Of a stretch of 64,000 nucleotides of DNA, positions 1-10,281 are shown one piece after another. The position numbers were made by a program, and so were the translations under genes. The stretch comes from an uncultured Thermodesulfobacteriota bacterium (GTDB taxonomy: Bacteria > Desulfobacterota > Desulfarculia > JACQYL01): positions 10,144 through 74,143 of the forward strand of contig CAZQXK010000005.1 in NCBI GenBank assembly GCA_964597345.1, in the 5' to 3' direction. Every line of letters begins with the position of its first letter. Within the stretch, counting starts at the first letter, position 1. The notes under the pieces are model-generated. The model saw only the letters and a program-made list of their open reading frames with translations. It made no database searches and was not told the origin of the DNA.

Positions 1-168
1 TCAATTGGCGGTGGATGAAGCGGTATCCGACGTGAATCATGCCCTGTATCTGGGCCGGCGGTTGGCGCTTGCGGAACGGGCTGCGAAGCGGGGAGAGCCT
101 TTCGAGGAATCCTGAAACCCTGTGCCGGAAATGCGTGCGGTGGAACAGGCCGGCGCGGCCCGAGAATT

Positions 169-705
169 TCAGAAGGGAGTGGAAGGCAGTCTTCGTCCGG
201 ATGTGGGAAACGCCAAGCTTCCCAGGACCGTCTCCAGGGTTTCGTCGCTGACCCGGAGGCACTCGAACCGGACCAGGCGCGCTTCCTGCACGGCGGTTTT
301 CCAGAACGCATCCCGTTGGGGCTCGGCGGACTCGTACACGTGCTCGTAGAAAACGGCCCGGATCCGCGCCCCTGCGATGAGCTTCAGGCAGACGTAGCAG
401 GGAGCCAGCGTCGTGTACAGCGTGCTTCCCTCCACGGAGATTCCGAAGCGCGCCGCTTGGGCGATGGCATTGGCTTCGGCGTGGGAGGATCGGCAGAAGT
501 TGTACTTGTCGTATTCGCCGATGTTCATGTGACGGCGGTGGCAGTAAGGTTCCCCGTTAACGGGAGGCTGGTCGCTGCAATGGGGGGCTCCCGGCATGGA
601 GCCGTTGTAGCCCGTGGCCAGAATATGCTTGTCCCGTACGATGACGGCTCCCGTCGGCCTGGAGTTGCAGGTGGATCGGGTGCTCACGATTTTGGCGATG
701 ATCAT
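169..705 (-). CDS. dCMP deaminase (cytidine/deoxycytidylate deaminase zinc-binding family); forms the C-terminal 178 aa of the spurious 607-aa ORF
   Basis: HAEANAI and PCYVC zinc-ligand motifs; ATG at 703-705; the start overlaps the thyA-like stop. Confidence 0.8.
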   Translation of the reverse strand: MIIAKIVSTRSTCNSRPTGAVIVRDKHILATGYNGSMPGAPHCSDQPPVNGEPYCHRRHMNIGEYDKYNFCRSSHAEANAIAQAARFGISVEGSTLYTTLAPCYVCLKLIAGARIRAVFYEHVYESAEPQRDAFWKTAVQEARLVRFECLRVSDETLETVLGSLAFPTSGRRLPSTPF

Positions 706-1532
706 GAAATATTCATCCCAGTCGGGGCGCACGTCTCGTTCTTTCCTCCGTCTTTCCTCGGGTGGATCTCGTCGAGATAGGTTCTCAACCGGGCCAGATC
801 GAAGTAGGACTCCGCCAGACCCAGCTTGAGACAGGTGATGAACATTTCTCCGTCTTCCACGCCGATTTCGGACGCCATGTATTCCTTGACCATCTGCAGG
901 CATCCCAGGTTGGCGGGTAGGCCGTTCCAGAGGTTCCAGCTCCGGAAGTGGATGCTGAAATGGAGCTTCCCGAACTTGATGGCCGTGTCGACGCCGCGGA
1001 GGCACTGGGTGGTCCCCGGTTCGACGGCGTTGAAGGCGTTGCCGATGACGCGGTTGCGGAGCAAAGCCCCTGTGGCCCGGTCTCGGACCTCGATGGTTTC
1101 CGAGGCGTCCACGGAGGTGTCGTAGTAATACAGGCTTTCGCCCCGTCCCACGGTCATGTAGCAGTGTTTCGTTCCGGGGCCGTGTTCCCGGTAGTAACGG
1201 ATGACCCACTCGATCTGCCAGCTCAGGTCCTGGCCGTAGGTGTAATGCTCGCCGGCCTGGGCCTGGTCCGTCATGTAATAGGGGAGGTACCGTTCGATGT
1301 AGCCGGGCTCCACGGGATTCGGAATTCCCAGGGAGGCGGGTATCTCGGGTTCCAGCGGACGGGCGCCGGGATACAGGACGTGTGCGGAAACAAAGTCCAG
1401 TTCCCATCGCTTGGTGGGGGTGCTTCCCTTGGTCACCGGATACTCCCGCCCCTGTTGTACGGTGGCGCGGAGCAGTTGGAACCACAGATCGGGAATATCT
1501 CTGGCCTGAAGAAAAACGGGCTGTAAGACCAT
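702..1532 (-). CDS. thyA: Thymidylate synthase, divergent ThyA family
   Basis: TTQCLRGVDTAIKFGKLHFSIHFRSWNLWNGLPANL aligns with the ThyA core [34 protein letters not shown] (catalytic Cys, RS, GLP.N); adjacent to dCMP deaminase. Confidence 0.6.
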   Translation of the reverse strand: MVLQPVFLQARDIPDLWFQLLRATVQQGREYPVTKGSTPTKRWELDFVSAHVLYPGARPLEPEIPASLGIPNPVEPGYIERYLPYYMTDQAQAGEHYTYGQDLSWQIEWVIRYYREHGPGTKHCYMTVGRGESLYYYDTSVDASETIEVRDRATGALLRNRVIGNAFNAVEPGTTQCLRGVDTAIKFGKLHFSIHFRSWNLWNGLPANLGCLQMVKEYMASEIGVEDGEMFITCLKLGLAESYFDLARLRTYLDEIHPRKDGGKNETCAPTGMNIS

Positions 1533-1921
1533 GGCGGCCCCGCCTGGATGGGATGCGACGGTTGTCGGTTTCAGGATCCGTGCCCGCCCGCGACGCGGTT
1601 TGAAACGGGCGGCCGGGGAACCGAATCCGAAGCCTATCCAAGAGGCGGGGGGAAGTCAAGGCGGTCCTTCTCGATTGTTTGAATAGACGGGCGTGCCTGC
1701 CGTGAGTAGGAGGGAGAAAGTCCGAACGTTCCATGGCGGGAGCGGTGCGATGAGTTGGAAAGCCAAAGGACGGCGCAGAGCGCCCACCGACTTGCCTGAG
1801 CGGCGAAACGTGAAGGTCGACGGCATGACGCCCATGCGCGAAGGGCGATCTCATCCCTTCCACCGGTTGACATGGGTCTAAGGAATGGATAAGTAGGGAG
1901 GAACCCATCCAAGGAGATGTT

Positions 1922-2140
1922 ATGGCGGATCTGAAGCGCCTCAGCGAACAATGTCCGAGCCGGACCGAGAACGACCGGAAGTGCACGTGCACGTATTCTG
2001 GATGCCCCAGGCACGGATTGTGCTGCCAGTGCCTGCACTATCATCTGGCGCAGAAGCAGTTACCGGCCTGCGCCTTTCCGGCGGATGTGGAACGCACCTA
2101 CGACCGATCGTTCCGGAAGTTCGTGGAAACGTACCGGTGA
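1922..2140 (+). CDS. Small Cys-rich hypothetical protein (72 aa, 9 Cys)
   Basis: Strong AAGGAG RBS 6 nt upstream of ATG; sits in an intergenic space; C..C/CC.C pattern suggests metal binding. Confidence 0.4.
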   Translation: MADLKRLSEQCPSRTENDRKCTCTYSGCPRHGLCCQCLHYHLAQKQLPACAFPADVERTYDRSFRKFVETYR

Positions 2141-2227
2141 TCCGCGTTCCCCGCGCCGCCGTGTGGAGAATGTTCTCCGGCGCCCCCTGCGGCGGGGGAT
2201 ACCTTTTCGGATCTTTTCCCATGGGTT

Positions 2228-3046
2228 ATGACGGCTCAGAGAATTGCATCTCTTCATGACGACACCACCATCCTGGATGCGGCCGTGCGGGCCGCACGCA
2301 AAGGGGGCAGGTGCATCCGGGAAGCCTGGGAGCGGAATCACCGTGTGTCGTTCAAGAAGTCACGCGAATTGGTTACGGAAACGGACTACGAGGCTCAGCG
2401 GATCATTGTGAACGAAATCGAGAGCGCGTTTCCGGATCATTCCATTCTGGCGGAAGAAGAGGATTTTCATGTGCGGCGCACGGAGCACGAATGGATCGTG
2501 GATCCGCTGGATGGAACGGTGAACTTTGCGCACGGTTTCCCTTTTGTAGGTGTTTCCATAGCTTACAAGAAAGGGGATGAGATCCTCGTGGGCGTGGTGT
2601 ATAATCCGATCATGGAGGAGCTTTTCTGGGCGGAACGAGGTCGGGGCGCCCATTTCCGGAACGCACCCATGAGAGTCAGTACGGAAGGTTCCTTGAGCAC
2701 TTCGCTGGTGGCCACGGGGTTTCCCTACGATCTATGGTCCGTTCAGGAAGAAGTTATGACGAAGTTCCGGCTGATGGCTTTGTCCAGTTTAGGCGTGCGA
2801 CGACCGGGTTCCGCGGCTCTGGATTTGGCGTATGTGGCGCGCGGGGTCTTTGACGGATTCTGGGAACAGGATCTGAAACCTTGGGACATCGCCGCCGGAA
2901 TCCTTCTGGTGCGCGAAGCGGGTGGAGTTGTAACGGATTTCAGAGGAGGGCGGGTTGATTTACACAGAGGCGAGATTATGGCCACAAACGGCCTCATTCA
3001 CGATCAAATGATCGCTCAACTGAGGGTGGAAGGAGAACCACACTAA
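2228..3046 (+). CDS. suhB: Inositol monophosphatase family protein (SuhB-like)
   Basis: Motifs DPLDGT, ATGFPYD and WD.AAG typical of IMPase/SuhB. Confidence 0.85.
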   Translation: MTAQRIASLHDDTTILDAAVRAARKGGRCIREAWERNHRVSFKKSRELVTETDYEAQRIIVNEIESAFPDHSILAEEEDFHVRRTEHEWIVDPLDGTVNFAHGFPFVGVSIAYKKGDEILVGVVYNPIMEELFWAERGRGAHFRNAPMRVSTEGSLSTSLVATGFPYDLWSVQEEVMTKFRLMALSSLGVRRPGSAALDLAYVARGVFDGFWEQDLKPWDIAAGILLVREAGGVVTDFRGGRVDLHRGEIMATNGLIHDQMIAQLRVEGEPH

Positions 3047-3238
3047 ATGAAAGGTCTGCTTTTGGAAGACGAGGTGGAAGGAAGGCTGAACTGTTTCGGG
3101 GACTTTGATCAGAAGGATTCCATTTGTCTGAAACGATGCGCCCTGAATATCGGCTGTGCCATCGCCAAGTCCAACTATGCGAATATCAACTTTCCCGAGG
3201 ACGAATTCTACCCGAGCTATCGCACGATGTACGAATGA
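3047..3238 (+). CDS. Small hypothetical protein (63 aa, 4 Cys)
   Basis: ATG directly abuts the suhB stop; AGGAGA upstream; lower-GC stretch; no recognisable family. Confidence 0.3.
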   Translation: MKGLLLEDEVEGRLNCFGDFDQKDSICLKRCALNIGCAIAKSNYANINFPEDEFYPSYRTMYE

Positions 3239-3268
3239 TGGTGCGTTCCGGCGCCGGGCGGGCCGGCG

Positions 3269-4198
3269 TCAGGATAGGTCCCGTTCCGTAGGCCGGAGGG
3301 CCGGATCGTCCGGAGGAACGTTCTCTGTTTCCTCCTGTTTCCAGGCTTCCAGTTTACGGAGTGTTCTTCTTTTGTGCCGTACGTACGCGACCAGGAAAAG
3401 CACCACCATGAGAAACCACAGGGTCCCGGCGCTGGTGAGCAGGGGGAACCAGGAAAAGCGAAAGCGGATGAAGGACTTCCATTCCTTCTCCAGCTTGTCG
3501 TACCGCATGCCCGTCGCCCTATAGAGGGACTCCTCGAACGTGAATCCTCTGACATAGTACTTCAAAAAATCCCGCAGGGCCTCGGTTCCGTATTCGGTTC
3601 GAAGAAATACGATTACATAGTAGCTTTGGGCGTAGGCAATACGGGCTCGTTCCTTGTCTGAAGGAAAGCCCTGTTCCAGCTCCCGGAGGGGTATGAGCCT
3701 GTTGCCGAGTACGGCGTGCATCATGTGCGCGTTTCTGGACCAGCTCCACTCCCCGGCCAGGTGCATGGCCAGTCCCTCGTTCAGCCACACGGGGATGCGT
3801 CCGGAATGGTACCGCGTACCCAGCAGGATATGGGTGTACTCATGGATGAACACACTCAGCAGGTTCATACCGGGGACGATCCTGGGCGACTTAAGCACGA
3901 TGGTGTATTCTCTCGGGTATGCCAGACCCTGCGCCCAATAGGGAGCCGGAGGATAGCCGGGGATCGCCTGCCGGAACCGGGCCGTGTCCGGGGATAGGAT
4001 CACTCGAATCCTCTTGTCGGGCTTCCATCCGGTCTCCGTTTCCACCTCCGCCGCCACGCCATCGACCCTGTCGGCCAAAGTCCGGGCGATTCCGGCGTCC
4101 GGGTTCGTATATTCCAGGAGGAAATGCAGCGTTTCGATCCGGCGCCAAGGGGGTTCCACGGCGAAGGCCAGGGACATGAACGTGAGAGCCATCAGCAT
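3269..4198 (-). CDS. Peptidase MA-like (HExxH) protein with a C-terminal transmembrane anchor
   Basis: HEYTH motif; N-terminal hydrophobic signal; C-terminal hydrophobic helix followed by a basic stretch. Confidence 0.7.
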   Translation of the reverse strand: MLMALTFMSLAFAVEPPWRRIETLHFLLEYTNPDAGIARTLADRVDGVAAEVETETGWKPDKRIRVILSPDTARFRQAIPGYPPAPYWAQGLAYPREYTIVLKSPRIVPGMNLLSVFIHEYTHILLGTRYHSGRIPVWLNEGLAMHLAGEWSWSRNAHMMHAVLGNRLIPLRELEQGFPSDKERARIAYAQSYYVIVFLRTEYGTEALRDFLKYYVRGFTFEESLYRATGMRYDKLEKEWKSFIRFRFSWFPLLTSAGTLWFLMVVLFLVAYVRHKRRTLRKLEAWKQEETENVPPDDPALRPTERDLS

Positions 4199-4309
4199 GA
4201 CGGTTTTGGGATCTTCCTCCTGTCAGGCCGCGATAATGTTTATCAACGGGCCGCCAAGATTCAGGGGAATTCTGAAGACGATTGGAAACCCCGTGAAACG
4301 GGTAGACGG

Positions 4310-4618
4310 TCAGGAGTCCAACGATTTCCGGATCAGACTCATCACCTGCTCCGGCGGCAGGGACAGTTGAACCGTCTTTCTCCGAGACCTCTCCCCCCGG
4401 ATGAGGAGCACATCCTTTTTGGACAGGTTCCAGGCTTTGGACAGGAAGGCGACCAACGCCTTGTTGGCGGCGCCGTCCACGGGAGGCGCCGTTAAACGGA
4501 TCCTGAGCGTATCCTCCCGCATGCCGTTGAAGCCGCTGCGTGAGCTGTTGGGCTGTACAAGGACCCGCAGCCTCGTGCCCCGTTCGAATGCCGTGATGCA
4601 AGGGAAGAGCGGATTCAT
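4310..4618 (-). CDS. yggU: DUF167 / YggU family protein
   Basis: LRIRLTAPPVDGAANKALVAFLSK signature; start trimmed to the MNPLF methionine. Confidence 0.7.
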   Translation of the reverse strand: MNPLFPCITAFERGTRLRVLVQPNSSRSGFNGMREDTLRIRLTAPPVDGAANKALVAFLSKAWNLSKKDVLLIRGERSRRKTVQLSLPPEQVMSLIRKSLDS

Positions 4619-4805
4619 GGCGGGCCGTATCCACGGCCGGGAAAAGGAGTCTGAGTATTCCCGCGGGTCCAAAGCCGACCCCTGCGGTCCGGTATACGAT
4701 ACACTCCGGTCACCGACCCCGTTGCCGGTCCTTTTGAACTTCAGGCGACTCCCCCATGCCGGAACCAACTATCCTGCCTATGCCTTCATGGTTTCCGCAG
4801 GATGA

Positions 4806-5309
4806 TCAGGTCTTGTTGAGAAATCGGATCTTTCCCTCCAGCTCCTCGGCTTCCCGCTGGTTTTCCTGTTCCAGGTCCAAAAGCTTCAAATGGGCTTCGA
4901 TGAACGAACGGAGCTTTATTTCGAGATGAGTCCGTTGCCGCTTCAGCTCCGCCAAGTCTTCGTGGAGCTGCGCGAGGCGTTTGTGGGTGTTGTTGAGCAT
5001 CTTTTCAGCGGTAAGCTCGGCCTTGGAAATGAGGAAATCCGCCTGTTTCTGCGCCTGTTCCTCGATGCGTCTGGCCTGTTCCCTGGCCTCGGGCAGAAGC
5101 CCCTCCAGTCGGATCTTTTCCCTTGAAACCTCGTTCAGCTTTCCGGACGTGTCTTTGAGTTCGAACCTCAGACTCCGGTTCTCCGCCAGGAGGCGGTCGA
5201 ACTCATCGGCCAGCTCATCCAGGAAAGACTCCACCGCTTTCGGATCGAGTCCCCGGAATCGCTTTCTGAACCGCTGCCCACGAATGATTTCGGGAGAGAG
5301 TTCGGACAT
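4806..5309 (-). CDS. DivIVA domain protein
   Basis: RFRKRFRGLDPKAVESFLDEL matches the DivIVA N-terminal motif; coiled-coil remainder; start at MSELSP with GGAG RBS. Confidence 0.75.
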   Translation of the reverse strand: MSELSPEIIRGQRFRKRFRGLDPKAVESFLDELADEFDRLLAENRSLRFELKDTSGKLNEVSREKIRLEGLLPEAREQARRIEEQAQKQADFLISKAELTAEKMLNNTHKRLAQLHEDLAELKRQRTHLEIKLRSFIEAHLKLLDLEQENQREAEELEGKIRFLNKT

Positions 5310-5463
5310 GGCATGCTCCTTATCAGCCTGCTGAAAAAGCCGATTGCCGGCAGGCTGTTGACGCGTGATGGGACGCCCGGCGCTGTATTTCCGAAGAATG
5401 AGGCGCGCACGAGATACGCCGGAGGAACGTTCCGCCATGCGGCTCGCGGACAGGGATATCTCC

Positions 5464-5772
5464 TCAGCGCGCCCCTCTCAGGGCCAACTCCATCAGCGAA
5501 GCCACCACGAAATTTTGAAGAAAAATGATCAACAAAAACACGATGATCGGCGAAAGGTCGATCATCCCCACATTCAGGGGAAGGATCCTGCGGATTCGCG
5601 ACAATACAGGCTCCGTCACCGAATAGAGAAATCGGACCAAGGGATTGTACGGATCCGGGTTGACCCATGAGATGACGGCACGGGCAATAATGATGATCAT
5701 ATACACATAGAGCACGGTGTCCAGGACCTTGGCGGTGGCCAGAAGGAAATTAGAGACGAGGCTTCCGAACAA
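5464..5772 (-). CDS. yggT: YggT family membrane protein
   Basis: About 100 aa with two transmembrane segments and a YggT-like sequence; part of the division cluster with DivIVA and YggU. Confidence 0.8.
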   Translation of the reverse strand: MFGSLVSNFLLATAKVLDTVLYVYMIIIIARAVISWVNPDPYNPLVRFLYSVTEPVLSRIRRILPLNVGMIDLSPIIVFLLIIFLQNFVVASLMELALRGAR

Positions 5773-6185
5773 GAATTTCTCCTTTGCGCTGGTTCGCGGG
5801 TGTGGGAGGCGAAGCCAGCATCGTCAGTTTATTTAAGAATTAGTATAGGTTGCCCGGACAGTCAAGCAAAAACGGGGTAAATCCCGGTCCGGGTTTCCGC
5901 GCAGCGGTGAATGTGCACGGGAACGTTCCTTGATGGGATTTAACAGGCCCTTGAAAAAGGCGATCTGCGGTCGCTCCAACGGCGTTGCGCTTCATCCTGC
6001 GGCGTACTGTATGTACGCCGCATTCCTCAGGATTCGCGCGCCTTGCATCTCATCGTTTTTCACCAGCCTGCGCGAAATACGGTACCCGAAATACGGTTTA
6101 TCAACGGGCTCTTAAGATGATATGATAATTAGTTGAGCGATGGGTTCCGAGAATGCAATGGGTTTTCACTTCGAGGGAGGTGGTT

Positions 6186-7202
6186 ATGACGGTTCAAAAG
6201 GGAGTCACCCTGGTGGAGCACATCCTGGACCAGGAGAAAGCGAACCCGGATGCTCGGGGGGCTTTCTCGAGACTGCTTACGGAGTTGGTGGTGGCGGCCA
6301 AGATCATATCCCGGGAAGTGAACCAATCGGGATTGGCCGAGTCCATGGGGTTTACAGGGGAAGTGAACATTCAGGGTGAGCAGGTGCAGAAACTGGACGA
6401 GTTCGCAAACCACCTGTTTATTCGGAGGATGCGGAAGTCGGGCATGCTGTGCGGCATGGCTTCCGAGGAAGTGGCGGATGTCATTGAAATTCCCGATCGG
6501 TTCGAATCCGGGGATTATCTTCTTCTCTTCGATCCCCTGGACGGTTCCACCAATATCGATGTGAACGTAAGTATTGGAACAATTTTCTCCATTTTAAGAC
6601 GGAAGTCCCCGGGTCCGCACATGCTGGTCAGCGACTTCCTGCGTCCCGGCAACGAGCAGGTGGCGGCGGGCTATTTCCTGTATGGGTCGAGCACCATGCT
6701 CGTGTACACGACGGGCAAGGGGGTGCACGGCTTCACCCTGGATCCGAGCGTAGGGGAGTTCTTTCTTTCCCATCCGGACATCCGGATTCCCGAGCGGGGA
6801 AAGATCTACAGCGTCAATGAGGGGAATTACCGATTCTGGCCCGAAACTATCCGGAACTACGTGGACTATTTGAAGAGTTCGGACAACAAGATGGGTAAAC
6901 CCTATTCCACGAGGTACGTGGGATCTCTGGTGGCGGATTTTCACCGAAATCTCCTGAAGGGCGGAATCTTCATGTACCCCGCGGATGCCAAGGATCCCAA
7001 CAAGCCCTTCGGAAAGCTGCGTTATTTGTACGAGTGCGCACCTCTCGCTTTCGTGGTGGAACAGGCGGGAGGGTATGCCAGTACCGGAGAGGGCCCCATC
7101 ATGGATTTCGTTCCTCAATCAATTCACCAGCGTTGTCCTCTGTATATAGGCAGTCGTCTGGACGTGATGGAGGCGGAAGAGTTTTTGCGTGGAGAACGCT
7201 GA
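6186..7202 (+). CDS. fbp: Fructose-1,6-bisphosphatase class 1
   Basis: Full-length FBPase I similarity ([16 protein letters not shown]); GGGAGG RBS; start at ATG 6186. Confidence 0.9.
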   Translation: MTVQKGVTLVEHILDQEKANPDARGAFSRLLTELVVAAKIISREVNQSGLAESMGFTGEVNIQGEQVQKLDEFANHLFIRRMRKSGMLCGMASEEVADVIEIPDRFESGDYLLLFDPLDGSTNIDVNVSIGTIFSILRRKSPGPHMLVSDFLRPGNEQVAAGYFLYGSSTMLVYTTGKGVHGFTLDPSVGEFFLSHPDIRIPERGKIYSVNEGNYRFWPETIRNYVDYLKSSDNKMGKPYSTRYVGSLVADFHRNLLKGGIFMYPADAKDPNKPFGKLRYLYECAPLAFVVEQAGGYASTGEGPIMDFVPQSIHQRCPLYIGSRLDVMEAEEFLRGER

Positions 7203-7226
7203 GTAGAGGAAGCGGGACTTTGGATC

Positions 7227-8264
7227 ATGCTGGTTCTGGGTATCGAGACATCCTGTGATGAGACAGCGGCGGCGGTGGTGGAAGACGGGCGGGTGATACG
7301 CTCCAACGTGGTGGCGAGCCAGGACGCCATCCACAAGGATTACGGGGGCGTGGTCCCGGAACTGGCCTCGAGAGAGCATATGCGGGCCGTTCTGCCGGTC
7401 ATCGACCGATCTCTCCGGCAGGCGGGAATTACCCTGCAACAAGTGGAAGGAATCGCGGTGACTCAGGGGCCCGGGCTGCTGGGGTCTTTGTTGATCGGTT
7501 TATGCGCCGCCAAATCCCTGGCCACGGTTCGTAATCTTCCCCTCGTGGGGGTGGACCACCTTGAAGCCCATGTGGCCGTGAACTTCCTGGGGGCGGCTCC
7601 TCCCGATTTCCCATTTACCGCACTGGTGGTCTCGGGGGGGCACACGAATCTGTACCACGTGACGAGTTTCTTCGACTTCGAGTTGCTCGGCCGGACCCGG
7701 GACGATGCGGCGGGGGAAGCTTTTGACAAAACCGCCAAGTTTTTGGGACTCGGATACCCGGGCGGGGTGGTGATCGACCGAATGGCCCGCGAAGGGGATA
7801 TGGAAGCCGTGAGGTTCCCCAGGGCCATGATGGATTCGGACTCCCTGGATTTCAGCTTCAGCGGTCTCAAGACCGCCGTCATCGCTTACATAAAGAAGCA
7901 TCCTCTGAACGGGGCCCGGGATGAACGGCGCGTGTGCGACATCGTCGCCGGTTTTCAGGAAGCCGTGGTGGATGTACTGACGGTCAAGGCGTTGCGCGCC
8001 GCAAAGGGGAACGACACCCGCCGACTGGTCCTTGCCGGAGGCGTGGCTGCGAACAGCCGCCTGCGCCTGAAACTGGGGGAAGGGTCCCGAACGGAAGGGG
8101 TGAAGCTTTTCGTACCGAGTCTTTCCTTATGTACGGACAACGCCGTGGGTGTGGCGGTGTTGGGGTATCATCGCTTGTGCGCGGGTCGTACGGATTCTCT
8201 GGACCTGGATGCCTACTCCCGCGTTCCCAAGTCTTTGTCCTATCCTTCGTCGGCGGTTTCATGA
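7227..8264 (+). CDS. tsaD: tRNA N6-adenosine threonylcarbamoyltransferase TsaD
   Basis: GIETSCDET start; Kae1/TsaD motifs throughout. Confidence 0.9.
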   Translation: MLVLGIETSCDETAAAVVEDGRVIRSNVVASQDAIHKDYGGVVPELASREHMRAVLPVIDRSLRQAGITLQQVEGIAVTQGPGLLGSLLIGLCAAKSLATVRNLPLVGVDHLEAHVAVNFLGAAPPDFPFTALVVSGGHTNLYHVTSFFDFELLGRTRDDAAGEAFDKTAKFLGLGYPGGVVIDRMAREGDMEAVRFPRAMMDSDSLDFSFSGLKTAVIAYIKKHPLNGARDERRVCDIVAGFQEAVVDVLTVKALRAAKGNDTRRLVLAGGVAANSRLRLKLGEGSRTEGVKLFVPSLSLCTDNAVGVAVLGYHRLCAGRTDSLDLDAYSRVPKSLSYPSSAVS

Positions 8265-9118
8265 GCCGTCAACCCCGGACGTTTCCTTCTCGACCCCGCA
8301 AACGTTGGGGACAGCATTTTCTACTGGATCCGAACCAGATCCGAAATATCGTGGAGTCATCCAGGCTCGAGGGGGGAGACTCTGTTCTGGAAATCGGCCC
8401 CGGCCGGGGATCTCTTACCGGCCCTCTGTGCGGTGCGGCGCGTTCCGTGACGGCGGTGGAGATTGATCCGGAGCTGGTGGGTTTCTTACGGGAGCGTTTC
8501 CGGGATTTCCCGAACCTCAGCGTGGTGTGCGGGGATTTCCTGAATTTCGACTTGGCCGCGTTGGCCCGAGACCAGGGGGGCGCTCTCGTGGTGGTGGGAA
8601 ACATTCCATACAATATTTCGGCGCCCATTCTCTTCCGACTGTTGGATTCCCGTTCTTCCATCCGCTCGGCGACCTTGATGCTGCAGAAAGAAGTGGCGGA
8701 TCGGATTCTGGCTCGGCCCGGCAGCAAAGCCTATGGGGTGCTCAGCCTATTGATTCCTTATGAAGCCCGGGCAAAGCGCCTGTTTTCTCTCCCTCCCTCG
8801 GCGTTCAGGCCGAAACCCAAGGTGGATTCCACGGTGATCCGCCTGGATTTCGAACAACCCCATCCGAGAAGAACTCCGTATCCGCATCTGTTCAGGGGCA
8901 TGGTCAAGGCGGGTTTCGGGAACCGCCGCAAGATGCTCAAGAACGCGTTGGGGAACAGCGCATCCGTGCCCGTCGATACGGGAATGGTGCTGGATGCGTT
9001 ATCGGCATGTTCTTTGAATCCGAAGGCGCGAGCCGAAAACCTGGAGTTGGATGACTTCCTGAAGTTGACGGAGGTGCTGGCATCCCGGATCCAGGGTCTC
9101 GACGTTGTGGAGGCCTAG
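8261..9118 (+). CDS. rsmA: 16S rRNA (adenine1518/1519-N6)-dimethyltransferase RsmA/KsgA
   Basis: GQHFL, EIGPGRGSLT and NIPYNIS motifs; ATG at 8261 overlaps the tsaD stop; the long N-terminal extension in the track is spurious. Confidence 0.9.
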   Translation: MSRQPRTFPSRPRKRWGQHFLLDPNQIRNIVESSRLEGGDSVLEIGPGRGSLTGPLCGAARSVTAVEIDPELVGFLRERFRDFPNLSVVCGDFLNFDLAALARDQGGALVVVGNIPYNISAPILFRLLDSRSSIRSATLMLQKEVADRILARPGSKAYGVLSLLIPYEARAKRLFSLPPSAFRPKPKVDSTVIRLDFEQPHPRRTPYPHLFRGMVKAGFGNRRKMLKNALGNSASVPVDTGMVLDALSACSLNPKARAENLELDDFLKLTEVLASRIQGLDVVEA

Positions 9119-9234
9119 TCGTCCGGAAAAGCGCGGTGCAGCGTTCCGGATTGGAATACCCGTGGAAGGCGCCTCGATGCGAGGAGGAAAACGGTTCCTG
9201 TCAAGGCATGGAGTCAAGGGGTGTTGTCAAGGGG

Positions 9235-9263
9235 TTGACAGTCCCCTCTAAATCGGGTAAACA
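9235..9263 (+). promoter_or_regulatory. Candidate sigma70-type promoter for panC (TTGACA-N17-TAAACA), preceded by three GTCAAGG direct repeats at 13-bp spacing (9200-9232)
   Basis: Perfect -35 with a weak -10 and a 17-nt spacer, about 160 bp upstream of the panC ATG; the repeats could be a regulator binding site. Confidence 0.3.
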
Positions 9264-9425
9264 AGCGGCATTCAAAAAACGGCTTGGATCCACAATGGTG
9301 GGCCGAGACCGGGTAGCCATGACAGCCCGGAGCAAGGCGGACGGGATCTTTACGGACTCGTACCCTGTTGACCGCATCCGGATGCGCATTGGAGGAACCT
9401 CCCGGTCTGCCGAGGAGGTTTTTTT

Positions 9426-10271
9426 ATGGATGTCATCGAGACCGTATCGGATATGCAGGCGCTCTCCGAGGCTCTCAGGAGCGGCGGCCGCATCATTGGT
9501 TTCGTTCCCACCATGGGATATCTGCATGAGGGTCATTTGAGCCTCGTGCGGGCCTCCAAGAGCCGCTGTAATGTCACCGTGGCCAGCATCTTTGTAAATC
9601 CCGCCCAATTCGGACCCAACGAGGATTATGCCGGCTATCCCAGGGACCTGGACCGGGATCTGCAAATGGCCCGGGAGGCGGGTGTGGACATCGTGTACCA
9701 TCCGGATGCCTCTCAAATGTACCCCCCCGGATTTCAAACGGTTGTCAGAGTGGAGCGGTTGAGTCAGGGGCTGTGTGGATCCAGCAGGCCGGGGCATTTC
9801 CAGGGCGTGGCGACGGTCGTCCTCAAGCTCTTCAACCAGGTGCTTCCTCATAAGGCGTTTTTCGGGCTGAAAGATTACCAGCAGGTGGCTGTGATCCGGC
9901 GCATGGCGAGGGATCTGGACCTGACCGTGGAGATTGCGCCCTGTCCGATTCACCGGGAGTCGGATGGCCTGGCCATGAGTTCCAGGAACGTGTACTTGAG
10001 TCCCGAGGGGCGCAAGGCCGCCCTGTGCCTGTCCCGCTCCATGGAACTGGCGCGGAGGCTGGTGAGCGAGGGAATGCGCGGATCCCGTGAGATTATTCAG
10101 GAAGTTCGGGATGGCATCGGGAAAGAGCCGCTCGCCCGCGAAGATTACGTGGAGATCCGTGATGCGGATACATTGGAACCCATAGACCGTGTCGAAAGAA
10201 AGGCCGTTCTGTTGCTGGCTGTTTGGATCGAAAAGGCGCGACTGATCGACAACGCTTTTTTGTTGGAATAG
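9426..10271 (+). CDS. panC: Pantoate--beta-alanine ligase
   Basis: [10 protein letters not shown] motif; full PanC similarity; GAGGAGG RBS. Confidence 0.9.
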   Translation: MDVIETVSDMQALSEALRSGGRIIGFVPTMGYLHEGHLSLVRASKSRCNVTVASIFVNPAQFGPNEDYAGYPRDLDRDLQMAREAGVDIVYHPDASQMYPPGFQTVVRVERLSQGLCGSSRPGHFQGVATVVLKLFNQVLPHKAFFGLKDYQQVAVIRRMARDLDLTVEIAPCPIHRESDGLAMSSRNVYLSPEGRKAALCLSRSMELARRLVSEGMRGSREIIQEVRDGIGKEPLAREDYVEIRDADTLEPIDRVERKAVLLLAVWIEKARLIDNAFLLE

Positions 10272-10281
10272 GAGGAAATAC

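Noticed and set aside
169-1992. 607-aa minus-strand ORF spanning dCMP deaminase, the thyA-like gene and beyond
   Set aside because: Only its C-terminal 178 aa (the dCMP deaminase) is meaningful. The upstream 430 aa is an Arg/Pro-rich out-of-frame read-through across the real thyA-like gene, a typical high-GC artefact.
5930-6115. Short ORFs with recurring peptides (HPSSLRRTVCAPHSSGFARLASHRF, NDEMQGARILRNEA, LHLIVLRRPA), e.g. 5930-6115, 14420-14659, 38253-38480, 38350-38553, 40951-41139, 50601-50930, 54262-54450 and 57675-57863
   Set aside because: These are translations of the MITE-like repeat in various frames, not a protein family. The copies differ by indels that break the frames.
7934-8260. 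109-aa N-terminal extension on rsmA, and similar extensions on mlaE (19013), livM (46580), livF (48475), ruvA (52571 side), the response regulator (26453) and hisH (11374)
   Set aside because: The extensions overlap upstream genes or MITE copies and lack homology. Conserved N-termini and RBSs support the internal starts given in the feature list.
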